Source: Candidatus Manganitrophaceae bacterium
Lineage (GTDB): Bacteria; Nitrospirota; Nitrospiria; SBBL01; Manganitrophaceae
DNA: 27,816 bases
Direction of reading: 5' to 3'
NCBI GenBank assembly: GCA_035293225.1
Contig: DATDON010000178.1
Span: 1 to 27,816 of the forward strand
Shown here: positions 15,920 to 24,515 of the stretch, in pieces
Layout of the letters: each line of letters starts with the position of its first letter
Numbering within the stretch: position 1 is the stretch's first letter
Translations under genes and position numbers: made by a program
The notes under the pieces: model-generated
Database searches by the model: none
Seen by the model: the letters and a program-made list of their open reading frames with translations, nothing else
Told to the model about the DNA's origin: nothing

Positions 15920-16933
15920 TTATTTCTTTTGAGCGGAATCCTTCGAAGAGGCGAGGCGGTCGAGATATTTTCGCGCCCGGCTGTTTTGGGGGTCGAGTTC
16001 GAGGGTCCGTTTAAATGATTCGACGGCCGATTTTTTTAATTGAACCTGCTGATCCGGGTCGGTTAAAGTCGCCGCCAGCATGATTTGGGCCTCCCCAAGC
16101 GCAAAAAAAATTTCAGGCGAATTCTGTTTGACCGTCGACAGCGTCGAATATTCCCGGACCGCGTCCTGATATTGTTCACCTCTAAAGTAAATCCTCGCCA
16201 GCCGTTCCCGTGCCCGCGACTCGTTCGGATCCTCTTCAAGGAGCGTCTTCCATTGCCCCACCGCCTTGGAAAACTCCCCCTTCTTCTCATAAATGAGGCT
16301 CAAGTTATACCGCGCTTCCGTCAGTGAAGCGTCCAACTTCAACGCCTCTTCAAACTCTTTTTCCGCCTTGGCGAAGTCCTTTCGGTTGAAGTAAATATTT
16401 CCGATCCCGGCGTGGACGACGGCGACCCGCGGCGTCAGCTTGTTCGCCTGAAGGTAGGCGTTCAACGCCTCTTTTTCCTTCCCCATCCGGAGATAAACAT
16501 GCCCCAATGAGATAAAGGCGTGCTCATCACTCGGCGCCAAACGGGCGGCTTCTTGAAACTCCCGAACGGAATCCTCCAGCGCCCGGCTCTCCAGGTAAAG
16601 CCGGCCCAGCCAATAGCGGACCGTCGCGCTTTTCGGATGCTCCTGCGCCATTTTTTTATAATAGAGGATCGCCTTCGGCCCCTGGCGCGTCGCCAAAGAG
16701 GTCATGACCAACGCCTGATGATACTTGTGGGTTTCAAGGCTCAATTCGACCGCTTGGGTCAATTTCGCGATCGCTTCATCGTAGCGGCGCAGCTTGTTCA
16801 GTTCGTTCGCCTCCTCCAAATAAGACTTGGCGCTCTCTTCATCGGAAGACGTTGCGAACGAAATGGCCGGCGAAAAGAGAAGAAGCAAGCCGACGATGTA
16901 AACATTCAGGCGCATTTTGTGGCGATTCATCAT
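15920..16933 (-). CDS. Exported tetratricopeptide-repeat protein (about 8 repeats)
   Basis: Signal peptide LLLLFSPAISFA; 34-aa repeats such as ATVRYWLGRLY...A.RLAP and TEARYNLSLIY...LEEDP. Start may be 16933, 16930 or 16915. Confidence 0.85.
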   Translation of the reverse strand: MMNRHKMRLNVYIVGLLLLFSPAISFATSSDEESAKSYLEEANELNKLRRYDEAIAKLTQAVELSLETHKYHQALVMTSLATRQGPKAILYYKKMAQEHPKSATVRYWLGRLYLESRALEDSVREFQEAARLAPSDEHAFISLGHVYLRMGKEKEALNAYLQANKLTPRVAVVHAGIGNIYFNRKDFAKAEKEFEEALKLDASLTEARYNLSLIYEKKGEFSKAVGQWKTLLEEDPNESRARERLARIYFRGEQYQDAVREYSTLSTVKQNSPEIFFALGEAQIMLAATLTDPDQQVQLKKSAVESFKRTLELDPQNSRARKYLDRLASSKDSAQKK

Positions 16934-16966
16934 TTAGTAAAGGGTCGTCTTAATATTGGAAAAAAC

Positions 16967-16995
16967 ATCATATCACCGGATGAAGGAAAAAACAA
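16967..16995 (-). promoter_or_regulatory. Possible promoter for the TPR operon
   Basis: Minus strand TTGTTT-17 bp-TATGAT with extended -10 TG; the -35 is weak. Confidence 0.35.
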
Positions 16996-17033
16996 CGGTC
17001 CCGGCGCCGGAAGGGCGGTTCGCCTCCGGCGTC

Positions 17034-17062
17034 TTGACTCCTCTTCTCCAACTCGTTACTAT
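17034..17062 (+). promoter_or_regulatory. Sigma70-type promoter of nrdJ
   Basis: TTGACT-17 bp-TACTAT, followed by AAGGAGG RBS and ATG 17083. Confidence 0.75.
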
Positions 17063-17082
17063 TTTCTTAAGGAGGCCCCAGA

Positions 17083-18822
17083 ATGAACGCATCCAAGAAC
17101 GTCCCGTTGACTTCCAACGCGGTCACTGTTTTAGAAAAAAGATATCTTAAAAAGGACGATAAGGGACGATTGATCGAAACACCGGATGAGATGTTCCATC
17201 GGGTTGCGGAGAATATCGCCCAGGCCGATCTCCCTTACGGCGGGCCCTCCAAAGTAAAAGAGTCGGCCGAGATTTTCTACAATCTCATGTCATCGCTCGA
17301 ATTTCTCCCCAACTCTCCCACTTTGATGAACGCGGGGAGAGAATTACAGCAACTCTCCGCCTGTTTTGTCCTTCCGATTGAAGATTCGCTCGAATCGATC
17401 TTCGAAACGGTCAAAAATACGGCAATCATTCATCAAAGCGGCGGCGGAACCGGTTTTTCCTTTTCGCGGCTCCGCCCGAAAAACGACCCGGTCCTTTCAA
17501 CCTCCGGGATCGCCTCCGGCCCGGTGTCGTTTATGAAAGTATTTAATATGGCGACCGAAGTGATCAAGCAGGGAGGGGCCCGGCGCGGCGCCAACATGGG
17601 GATTCTTCGGGTCGATCACCCCGATGTGATCGATTTCATCAAGATCAAAGAAGATCCGCGCGAGATGGTGAATTTTAATCTCTCCGTCGCCCTGACCAAT
17701 GATTTTATGGAAGCGTATCAAAAAAATGAAACATACCCCCTGATCAATCCCCGCGCCAAAAAGGAGGTCGGAAGGCTCCTTGCGCGCAAGGTTTTCGATC
17801 AGATCGTCGAATCCGCCTGGAAAACAGGAGAGCCGGGCATTATCTTTATCGACCGGATGAATCAATTCAACCCCACCCCCTCGTTAGGAATGTTTGAAGC
17901 GACAAATCCTTGCGGTGAACAACCCCTCCTCCCCTATGAATCGTGCAACCTCGGCTCCATGAACCTCGCCAGAATGCTCTCCCGCTCCGGAGGAAAGGAA
18001 ACGATTGACTACGAGAAGCTCCGGCGCGTCCTCTGGAACGCGGTTCATTTTTTGGACAACGTGATTGATCAAAACCGGCATCCTCTTCCTGAAATTTCAG
18101 CGGCGACCCTTCAGACGCGGAAGATCGGCTTGGGGGTGATGGGATTCGCCGATCTTCTGACGGCGCTGAGCATCCCCTACCACTCCGAGGAGGCGTTATC
18201 GCTGGCGCGGGAGATCATGGCGTATGTTCGGACGGAGGCGCGGGGGGCGTCGGCGGCGCTTGCGGAAGCGCGGGGGGTCTTCCCCGCCTACGATATAAGC
18301 GTCTATCCGGCGCAAGGATACCGTTTACGGAACGCCACGACCACCACGATCGCGCCGACCGGAACCCTCAGTGTGATCGCAGGCTGCTCCAGCGGAATCG
18401 AGCCCCTCTACGCCCTCTCCTATCATCGGCGCGTCCTGGGAGGGATACTTCTTCCCGAACTCAATCCGCGATTCTTGGAAATTTCGAAGAGAGAGGGTTT
18501 CTACTCGGAGCGCCTTCTCTCCCAGGTCGCCGCCGTCGGATCGATTCAAGGGCTTGAGGGCGTTCCCAAAGAGATCCGGCAGGTCTTTGTGACCGCCCAT
18601 GATATCGCTCCGGAATTCCACATGAAGATGCAGGCCGCTTTTCAGACGTATACGGACAACGCCGTCTCCAAGACCGTGAACTTCCCGAAGGAGGCCACTT
18701 TAAAAGAGGTCGAACAGGTCTTCCTTTTGGCTTATGAAACGGGATGCAAAGGGGTCACCATCTACCGGGACACCAGCCGGGAGGAACAGGTCCTCGCCTG
18801 CGCCCAAGCCGACTATTGTTGA
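17083..18822 (+). CDS. nrdJ: Class II (adenosylcobalamin-dependent) ribonucleotide reductase, compact form
   Basis: LEKRYL, PNSPTLMNAG, QLSACF, GGGTG, RRGANM, TNPCGEQPL..ESCNLGS, TIAPTGT, GIEP, VSKTVN and KGVTIYRD. No ATP cone and no adjacent nrdB. Confidence 0.9.
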   Translation: MNASKNVPLTSNAVTVLEKRYLKKDDKGRLIETPDEMFHRVAENIAQADLPYGGPSKVKESAEIFYNLMSSLEFLPNSPTLMNAGRELQQLSACFVLPIEDSLESIFETVKNTAIIHQSGGGTGFSFSRLRPKNDPVLSTSGIASGPVSFMKVFNMATEVIKQGGARRGANMGILRVDHPDVIDFIKIKEDPREMVNFNLSVALTNDFMEAYQKNETYPLINPRAKKEVGRLLARKVFDQIVESAWKTGEPGIIFIDRMNQFNPTPSLGMFEATNPCGEQPLLPYESCNLGSMNLARMLSRSGGKETIDYEKLRRVLWNAVHFLDNVIDQNRHPLPEISAATLQTRKIGLGVMGFADLLTALSIPYHSEEALSLAREIMAYVRTEARGASAALAEARGVFPAYDISVYPAQGYRLRNATTTTIAPTGTLSVIAGCSSGIEPLYALSYHRRVLGGILLPELNPRFLEISKREGFYSERLLSQVAAVGSIQGLEGVPKEIRQVFVTAHDIAPEFHMKMQAAFQTYTDNAVSKTVNFPKEATLKEVEQVFLLAYETGCKGVTIYRDTSREEQVLACAQADYC

Positions 18823-18840
18823 GCGCCGCGCGACCGTTTC

Positions 18841-18863
18841 GACACAAGACACGATACAAGACA
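18841..18863. repeat. Tandem direct repeat GA(C/T)ACAAGACA x2, 12-bp period
   Basis: 10/11 identity; ends 4 bp upstream of a TTGACA -35. Confidence 0.4.
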
Positions 18864-18867
18864 ATCG

Positions 18868-18897
18868 TTGACAACCTTTTTATAATTATATTATACT
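18868..18897 (+). promoter_or_regulatory. Sigma70-type promoter upstream of the 6S-like RNA and thiS
   Basis: TTGACA-18 bp-TATACT in an AT-rich stretch. Confidence 0.68.
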
Positions 18898-18903
18898 GAT
18901 GAT

Positions 18904-19069
18904 CGATCTTCCTCTCCGGCCCGGGCTCTTGAAACCCTTTTGGGTCGTATTGAAGCGGGCGCCCAAGTCGTTCGTTTGTCCTCCTCATCGGCGCGTCGTT
19001 TTTTAGCGAGCTTGCGCGAGGCCTGAAGAGGGCGATTCTCTCGGCGCCGGTCAAGTCCCGCGCAGGATT
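18904..19069 (+). ncRNA. ssrS: Probable 6S RNA
   Basis: About 165 nt starting right after a strong promoter. The 5' and 3' ends pair (TCCGGCCCGGG-CT-CTTGA with TCAAG-T-CCCGCGCAGGA), with a central bubble and an inner stem (GCGCCCAAGTCGT/GCGAGCTTGCGC). Motifs CTTGAAACC, GCCTGAAG and GGTCAAG resemble conserved 6S elements. Not verified with a covariance model. Confidence 0.58.
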
Positions 19070-19071
19070 TC

Positions 19072-19278
19072 ATGATTCAGGTCACCATTAACGGAACACG
19101 GGCAGAACTTCAACCGGGAACCCATCTCTCCCAACTTCTTGAGAAGTTAAAAATGCCTCCGGAGCGGGTTGCCGTCGAGGTTAATTTGTCGGTGATCGAT
19201 AAACAGAAGTACAGTCAGTTTCCCATTCAAGAAGGGGATCAAATCGAAATTATCGGTTTTGTGGGAGGAGGCAATTGA
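19072..19278 (+). CDS. thiS: Thiamine biosynthesis sulfur carrier protein
   Basis: [18 protein letters not shown] and [13 protein letters not shown] followed by one extra Asn; overlaps thiG (TTGA). Confidence 0.9.
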   Translation: MIQVTINGTRAELQPGTHLSQLLEKLKMPPERVAVEVNLSVIDKQKYSQFPIQEGDQIEIIGFVGGGN

Positions 19279-20057
19279 CGTCTCAAGATGGGCCTTTAAC
19301 CGTCGGGAACATTGAATTCCGATCTCGTCTCATCGTCGGAACCGGCAAATACGCCTCATTTGAAGAAACGAAAAAGGCGATTGAGGCCTCCGGCGCGGAC
19401 TGCGTCACCGTGGCGGTCCGGAGGGTCAACATCCTCGACCGGTCAAAGGAAAATCTTCTCGATTATATCGATCCAAAGGCTTATAAAATCCTTCCCAATA
19501 CCGCCGGTTGCTATACGGCCGAGGAAGCGATTCGGACCGCCCGCTTGGCGCGCTCCGCTGGGATTTCCGATCTCGTCAAGCTGGAAGTCATCGGCGATCC
19601 TAAAACACTATTTCCGGATAATGAAGCCCTCCTGGAAGCCACCCGGGTCCTGGTGAAAGAGGGTTTCATCGTCTTCCCCTATACCAACGACGATCCGATC
19701 ATGGCGAAGAAGTTGCAGGACGCGGGGGCGGCGGTCGTGATGCCGCTGGCGGCGCCGATCGGATCGGGATTGGGAATCCGTAATCCCTACAATATCAAAA
19801 TTATCCTAGAAACCGCTTCCATTCCCATCATTGTAGACGCGGGGGTCGGAACCGCTTCAGACGCCGCCTTGGCGATGGAATTAGGATGCGACGGCGTGCT
19901 GATGAATACGGCGATTGCCGGCGCAAAGAACCCGATCCAAATGGCCGAGGCAATGAATTACGCCGTCCGCGCCGGAAGATTGGCGTACTTAGCGGGCCGC
20001 ATCCCCAAAAAACTCTACGCCCAGGCGAGCAGTCCCGTTGAGGGGATGATCGAGTAA
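19275..20057 (+). CDS. thiG: Thiazole synthase
   Basis: [57 protein letters not shown] and LMNTAIA. Confidence 0.96.
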   Translation: MTSQDGPLTVGNIEFRSRLIVGTGKYASFEETKKAIEASGADCVTVAVRRVNILDRSKENLLDYIDPKAYKILPNTAGCYTAEEAIRTARLARSAGISDLVKLEVIGDPKTLFPDNEALLEATRVLVKEGFIVFPYTNDDPIMAKKLQDAGAAVVMPLAAPIGSGLGIRNPYNIKIILETASIPIIVDAGVGTASDAALAMELGCDGVLMNTAIAGAKNPIQMAEAMNYAVRAGRLAYLAGRIPKKLYAQASSPVEGMIE

Positions 20058-20223
20058 TCTCTCTTGATGTCGTCAGGCGCCCGATCGATCTTCGTTCGCG
20101 GGTGTTCCACCCCTATTCCGTCGTCATGCTCATCGGATCGAGATAGCCTCTCCCTGTCGCGCCGGAAACTTCTCCTTACGCGCCCGGACCGCCGCGCGAT
20201 TCGCCTTTCGTCTAAGGAATTCC

Positions 20224-20862
20224 ATGCCTCCAGTCGACTTTAAACTTTACTTCATCGGGGCCCGCCGACAGACCCAAGGAAGGCCGCTGGGCGAAGTCAT
20301 CCGACAGGCGGCTGAGGCGGGCGTCTCGGCCGTGCAGTTCCGTGAAAAAGACCTCTCGCTGCGGGACCAACTCCGCCTTGCTCAGGAGATTCAGGCGATT
20401 ACAAAATTAGCGGGGATGAAGTTGTTCATCAACGACCGAATCGATCTTTGCCTGGCGCTCGACGCCGAAGGGGTTCACCTTCCGTCGAAGGGCCTTCCGC
20501 CGCAAGTCGCCCGAAAGATGTTGGGAGAGAAAAAGTGGATCGCCGCCTCCTGCCACAGCGTCGAAGAAGCGCGCCGAGCCGAATCCGAAGGGGCCGACTT
20601 CGCCGTCTTGGGCCCGGTCTACGAGACCCCTTCGAAACGTCCGTACGGCGCTCCTTTGGGGATCGACACTTTTCGGAAGGCGAAGCGGTCGGTCACCATC
20701 CCTCTCTTTGCGATCGGGGGGATAAACCGCGCGCGACTCAAAGAAGTTTTCGACGCCGGAGCCGACGGCGTCGCCGTGATTTCCGCCATCACCGCCGCGG
20801 AGGATGTTCAAAAGGCGTCACAAGAGCTGTTGAATGATATTAAAAGGCTTCGGGCGACCTGA
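20224..20862 (+). CDS. thiE: Thiamine-phosphate synthase
   Basis: QFREK, INDRIDL, GVHL, SCHS, GPVYETPSK, AIGGI and GVAVISAI. Confidence 0.82.
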   Translation: MPPVDFKLYFIGARRQTQGRPLGEVIRQAAEAGVSAVQFREKDLSLRDQLRLAQEIQAITKLAGMKLFINDRIDLCLALDAEGVHLPSKGLPPQVARKMLGEKKWIAASCHSVEEARRAESEGADFAVLGPVYETPSKRPYGAPLGIDTFRKAKRSVTIPLFAIGGINRARLKEVFDAGADGVAVISAITAAEDVQKASQELLNDIKRLRAT

Positions 20863-20981
20863 ATTTACCTCCTGCATCCGTTTTTGCGACGGCCGTCGCC
20901 CGGTTCACATGCAATTTTTCTCGGCGAGGTTTCTAAGATTCATTTTTCGCCGCGACCTCTTCGTCATTCCCGGCCTTAGAG

Positions 20982-21010
20982 TTGACCGCTTGGGGAAGAG
21001 GTGATAGAAT
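20982..21010 (+). promoter_or_regulatory. Sigma70-type promoter of the Pup-proteasome operon
   Basis: TTGACC-17 bp-TAGAAT with extended -10 TG; short leader with a CCGAGG/CCTCGG hairpin and AAGGAG RBS. Confidence 0.75.
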
Positions 21011-21058
21011 TACTACCGAGGAGATTATTTTCACCTCGGGCGCTTGAAAGGAGTATGA

Positions 21059-22825
21059 ATGGCCGACTCAAAAAAAAATCAGGGAAAATCGAATCCATTT
21101 AAAAACACAATGAAAAAACTTTCGGAGCAATTTACCGGAAGCGATTCTGAAGCTAAAATCATCGAATACGAGCGTGAAATGGAAAAGCTGCTCGTTCAAA
21201 TCGCTTCAATGGAAGTCGAACTGAAGGAGTTGCGCCAGTCGCGGACCCAACTCGATCAGGCCTTCAAGCAAAACGAAAAACTCGCCGCTTCGCTCTTGGA
21301 AGCGAAAAATCGAATTGAAGCGCTCAAAATGGAGGTCGAAAAACTGACGACGCCTCCCGCCAGCTATGCGATCTTCTCGGGCGCCAATGAAGACGGCACG
21401 GTGAATGTCTTCGTAGGCGGCCGCAAGATGAAAGTGAATCTCCATCCGGACATTTCGATAAAAGATCTTAAAAAGGGACAACAGGTCATCTTAAATGAGG
21501 CGCTCAACGCGGTGGAGGCGCGCGGGTTCGATCTGCAAGGAGAAGTGGTTCGCGTGAAAGACCTTTTAGGAGAGGACCGCGTGATTGTCACGTTGCGCGC
21601 CGAGGAGGAGCGGGTTGTGGAGCTGGCGGATCCGCTGATGGGGGAACGCCTCTCGGTGGGGGACCATCTCCTGTTCGACGCCCGTTCCGGTTATGTTCTG
21701 GAAAAACTGCCGAAATCCGAAATCGAAGAGGTGGTTCTCGAAGAAATTCCAGACGTGACTTACGATCATATCGGAGGACTCGACGAGCAAATCGAGCTGG
21801 TCAAAGACGCCGTGGAGCTTCCTTTCCTTCATCCCGAACTTTTTGCGGAGCATAAGTTGCTTCCTCCCAAGGGGGTGCTTCTTTACGGCCCGCCCGGATG
21901 CGGCAAGACGTTGATCGCAAAGGCGGTCGCCGCCTCGATCGCGAAAAAATTGGGAAGCCGATCCGGCAAAGAGATCCGAAGTTTCTTTCTTCATGTAAAA
22001 GGACCGGAATTATTGAACAAGTACGTCGGAGAAAGCGAGCGTCAGATCCGGGAGGTCTTTAAGAAAGCGAAGGAGCGGGCCGAAGAGGGGCATCCCGTGA
22101 TCGTCTTCTTCGACGAGATGGACGCCCTTTTCAGAACGAGAGGGACCGGGATATCCTCTGATATGGAAGCGACGATCGTTCCGCAGTTTTTATCCGAGAT
22201 CGACGGCGTCGAGAGGCTTCGGAACGTGATTGTGATCGGCGCAAGCAATCGGCAAGATCTCCTCGACCCGGCGATTCTGCGGGCCGGCCGTCTGGATGTG
22301 AAGATTAAAATTGAACGGCCCGACAAGAAGGCGGCGATCGATATTTTCCGTAAATATTTGACGGTGGACCTCCCCTATCACGCTGAAGAATTGGAAAACG
22401 CGGGGGGAAACCGGGGGAAAATGGTCGATCACCTGATTCACGAAGCCGCCGAAGAGATGTACAGCGTCGTAGAAGAAAATAAGTTCTTGGAAGTCACCTA
22501 CGCCAATGGAGAGAAAGAAACGTTTTACTTCAAAGACTTCTCCAGCGGGGCGATGATCGGGGGGATCGTCTCCAGGGCCAAGAAATACGCCATCAAGCGG
22601 ATGCTGGAGACCGGGACCAAGGGTTTAAAATTGCAAGACCTTATCCGGGCCATCAAAGACGAATTTAAAGAGAACGAGGATTTGCCCAACACCACGAATC
22701 CCGATGATTGGGCCAAGATCGCCGGCAGGAAGAGCGAAAAAATTATTCATGTTCGCACAATGGGGGGTAGAACCGCGGCCGACACCAAAAAGATTGAAAC
22801 GGTGACCACAGGGCATTATTTATGA
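21059..22825 (+). CDS. arc: Proteasome-associated AAA ATPase (ARC/Mpa)
   Basis: N-terminal coiled coil, OB region, Walker A GPPGCGKT, Walker B FFDEMD, ELLNKYVGE pore loop, NTTNPDDWA, and C-terminal GHYL (GQYL-type docking motif). Confidence 0.95.
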   Translation: MADSKKNQGKSNPFKNTMKKLSEQFTGSDSEAKIIEYEREMEKLLVQIASMEVELKELRQSRTQLDQAFKQNEKLAASLLEAKNRIEALKMEVEKLTTPPASYAIFSGANEDGTVNVFVGGRKMKVNLHPDISIKDLKKGQQVILNEALNAVEARGFDLQGEVVRVKDLLGEDRVIVTLRAEEERVVELADPLMGERLSVGDHLLFDARSGYVLEKLPKSEIEEVVLEEIPDVTYDHIGGLDEQIELVKDAVELPFLHPELFAEHKLLPPKGVLLYGPPGCGKTLIAKAVAASIAKKLGSRSGKEIRSFFLHVKGPELLNKYVGESERQIREVFKKAKERAEEGHPVIVFFDEMDALFRTRGTGISSDMEATIVPQFLSEIDGVERLRNVIVIGASNRQDLLDPAILRAGRLDVKIKIERPDKKAAIDIFRKYLTVDLPYHAEELENAGGNRGKMVDHLIHEAAEEMYSVVEENKFLEVTYANGEKETFYFKDFSSGAMIGGIVSRAKKYAIKRMLETGTKGLKLQDLIRAIKDEFKENEDLPNTTNPDDWAKIAGRKSEKIIHVRTMGGRTAADTKKIETVTTGHYL

Positions 22826-24300
22826 TGAAGAGAATTTTAGGAACGGAGACGGAATTCGGAATCGGCGCCAAGAATTCCGAATCGGTCGATCCTGTCTCTA
22901 GCTCCATTCTTCTGATCAACAGCTATCCCTTTCTCCCTTCTTCGTCCGCCCTTTGGGATTATGAAAACGAAAACCCGCTCCTCGACGCGCGCGGGTTCGA
23001 AGCAGACGGAGAGAGAGAACGCCCCGGCCCGGAATACAACCGTCTCCTGAACAAGCTTCTTCCCAACGGGGGCCGTCTTTACGTGGACGGCGCCCACCCG
23101 GAATACTCCACCCCTGAATGCTCCAACGCGCGGGATTTGGTCGCCTACGAAAAAGTTGGAGAGCGCATCATGGAGACATGTCTTGAGATGGCCTCCCGGC
23201 TGAAGCGGGGTGAAGATCGTTTTTCAATTTATAAAAACAACACCGACGGAAAGGGAAACAGTTACGGCTATCATGAGAACTACCTTGTCGCGCGGGATCT
23301 TCCGTTCGACAAGATCGTCGCCCAGATGATCCCTTTCTTCGTCACGCGGCAGATTTTCGCCGGCGCCGGAAAGGTGGGATCGGAAAATAAAACCGACTTC
23401 GCCCATTACCAAATCTCGCAGCGCGCCGATTTCTTCGAGGTCTTGGTCGACCTGAACACCATGGTGAAAAGGCCGATTATGAACACCCGGGACGAACCTC
23501 ACGCCGACCCGGCCCGATACCGGCGGCTTCATGTCATTGTCGGCGACGCCAATATGTCGGAGTACACGACCTATCTCAAGGTGGGCGCCACCGCGCTGAT
23601 CCTGGCGATGATCGAGGAAGGGCGTGAAGTGGCCGGAGTGGATATAGAAAACCCGATCGGCGGGATCAAAGAGGTGTCCCGCGATCTGACCTTGAAAAAG
23701 AAAATCAAGCTCTCCAGAGGGGCCGAATGGACCGCCGTCGAGATTCAAAGGACCTACCTGGAGCAGGCTGAAACCCACTATGCCCGGAGCTCCGATCCGG
23801 TGACGCAGGACATCCTGAAACAGTGGCGCGATGTTCTCGACAAACTTGAAAAGGATCCAATGCAACTTTCAAGAAAAGTCGACTGGATCATCAAAAAACA
23901 ATTGATTGAATCGTATATGGAGCGTAAGAAATGCGATTGGAAAGATCCGCGTGTTTCGATGATGGACCTTCAATATCACGATGTCCGTCAGGACAAAGGG
24001 CTTTATTACGCCCTGGAACGCGGGAATTTTGTTGATAAATTGACCACGCCTGAAATTTTGGCCGACGCGCAAGAAAATCCTCCGAAAGATACGCGCGCCT
24101 ACTTCCGCGGAACCTGCCTTAAAAAATTTCCAAAAGAGGTCTACGCGGCCAGCTGGAGCTCGATTTTGTTCGATGTTGGAAACACAACGATTAAAAAGGT
24201 TCCCCTTTTAGATCCTCTAAAAGGCTCCCAGGCCTTGGTCGGTCCTCTTTTAAAAGGGGCGAGAACGGTCGAAGAATTATTGGCCACGATTGCGACATGA
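22822..24300 (+). CDS. dop: Pup deamidase/depupylase Dop
   Basis: GTETEFG, Dop loop WDYENENPLLDARGF, NNTDGKGNSYGYHENY, NTRDEPHAD..YRRLHVIVGD; ATGA overlap with arc. Confidence 0.93.
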   Translation: MMKRILGTETEFGIGAKNSESVDPVSSSILLINSYPFLPSSSALWDYENENPLLDARGFEADGERERPGPEYNRLLNKLLPNGGRLYVDGAHPEYSTPECSNARDLVAYEKVGERIMETCLEMASRLKRGEDRFSIYKNNTDGKGNSYGYHENYLVARDLPFDKIVAQMIPFFVTRQIFAGAGKVGSENKTDFAHYQISQRADFFEVLVDLNTMVKRPIMNTRDEPHADPARYRRLHVIVGDANMSEYTTYLKVGATALILAMIEEGREVAGVDIENPIGGIKEVSRDLTLKKKIKLSRGAEWTAVEIQRTYLEQAETHYARSSDPVTQDILKQWRDVLDKLEKDPMQLSRKVDWIIKKQLIESYMERKKCDWKDPRVSMMDLQYHDVRQDKGLYYALERGNFVDKLTTPEILADAQENPPKDTRAYFRGTCLKKFPKEVYAASWSSILFDVGNTTIKKVPLLDPLKGSQALVGPLLKGARTVEELLATIAT

Positions 24301-24314
24301 GGGGGAAAGCTTCC

Positions 24315-24515
24315 ATGGCAAAACAAGATAAAAAAAGAGAAAAAAAGAAAGACGTCGACAAAAAAGACGAAGCCGCGGGCGCCAACCCGGAGGTGGTTGA
24401 AAAGGGCAAGAAGCTCAAGGAAGACTTGGACACGCTGATGGATGAGATCGATGATGTTCTCGAAGAGAACGCCGAAGAGTTCGTGAAAAATTACGTCCAA
24501 AAGGGAGGAGAATAG
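24315..24515 (+). CDS. pup: Prokaryotic ubiquitin-like protein Pup (Glu-terminated)
   Basis: Start reassigned to ATG 24315. LMDEIDDVLEENAEEFVKNYVQKGGE C-terminus; charged, disordered N-terminus. Confidence 0.95.
   Translation: MAKQDKKREKKKDVDKKDEAAGANPEVVEKGKKLKEDLDTLMDEIDDVLEENAEEFVKNYVQKGGE

Noticed and set aside
7696-16933. c-type cytochrome or porin partner for the oxidase
   Set aside because: No CxxCH motif and no beta-barrel-like ORF seen in the window; such partners could be encoded elsewhere.
16934-17082. NrdR box upstream of nrdJ
   Set aside because: No 16-bp acaCwAtATaTwGtgt-like palindrome was found.
8577-18822. Similar C-termini SCEAPYC (308-aa cupredoxin) and ACAQADYC (NrdJ)
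   Set aside because: The proteins are unrelated and in different compartments; most likely coincidence.
18898-19071. Expected TPP riboswitch upstream of thiS-thiG
   Set aside because: No CTGAGA / ACCTGA..GGGA core; the leader fits a 6S-like rod better.
20058-20223. 166-nt thiG-thiE spacer with a 58-codon frame starting at ATG near 20068
   Set aside because: Ser/Arg-rich, no RBS, and overlaps the thiE start out of frame; no convincing RNA structure.
20224-20862. Alternative call as TenI (thiazole tautomerase)
   Set aside because: QxREK, NDR and GPVYETPSK match ThiE substrate-binding motifs better.
20886-20899. Palindrome GCGACGGCCGTCGC after thiE as a terminator
   Set aside because: Only a 5-bp stem, and the T tract precedes it instead of following it.
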